From positions 68,634,001 to 68,698,000 of the forward strand of contig NC_043004.1 in NCBI RefSeq assembly GCF_006345805.1: 64,000 nucleotides of DNA, given 5' to 3'. The notes under the pieces were generated by a model, which was not told the DNA's origin, did not search any database, and saw only the letters and a list, made by a program, of their open reading frames with translations. Positions 63,566-64,000 of this stretch are shown in pieces (positions within the stretch are counted from its first letter, which is position 1; each line of letters begins with the position of its first letter). This DNA comes from Octopus sinensis. Taxonomy: Eukaryota. A program made the translations under genes and the position numbers.

Positions 63566-64000
63566 AAATTGACGATGGCCCATCTGGTGTATGACGGAAC
63601 TTGACACTACTGCCCTCCAGTGTGCCTCGTGTCTCATGTTGAGCCAGTGGGTCGTCTGGTATTGTGGATAGGAGAGTGTCCAGTTTCTTTTGGAAATAAG
63701 AAATCAGTTTCTAATATATCCTTGTACGCTTTTCTAATATAGCCAACAAATAAATACACCAAGCGAATTATGAAATTCATCTAGTGTTTTCCTAATGCAT
63801 CTAATGGGTTACTAATATACACAATGTTAAATCCTGTTAGTTACGATTTATTAATACATCGAATAAGATATTAATATATACAGCGAGTTACTAATATATA
63901 TAACATATACCCTCAGTTACTAATAAATTTAGTGAGTTTGCAGTCAATATAGTGTGTTACTAATAAAAGAGGTGAGTTAGTAATAAAATTTCAGACTGAT

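Overview
This 64 kb window is AT-rich, saturated with microsatellites, and has no recognisable host protein-coding exon. The SINE families and repeat landscape point to a coleoid cephalopod, probably Octopus (inference, no search run). Almost all ORFs in the supplied track are translations of simple repeats. Real coding remnants are all transposon-derived: four Penelope-like elements (PLEs, RT and/or GIY-YIG), one RTE LINE, several R4/Dong-like LINE fragments, two mariner remnants and one Tc1 remnant. At least five tRNA-derived SINE families are present. The main hidden signal is a set of type I hammerhead ribozyme (HHR) motifs whose core 3:8 tertiary base pair occurs in three covarying states. 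C3-G8 occurs in a ~484-bp tandem array at 56.6-58.4 kb that looks like a retrozyme/circRNA source. U3-A8 occurs in the terminal repeats of two different PLEs (15.8 kb and 61.9 kb). G3-C8 occurs in a small inverted-repeat element (3.9, 38.1 and 40.1 kb). Several of these elements share an inverted 5' arm or foldback architecture. All structures were read by eye and none was computed.
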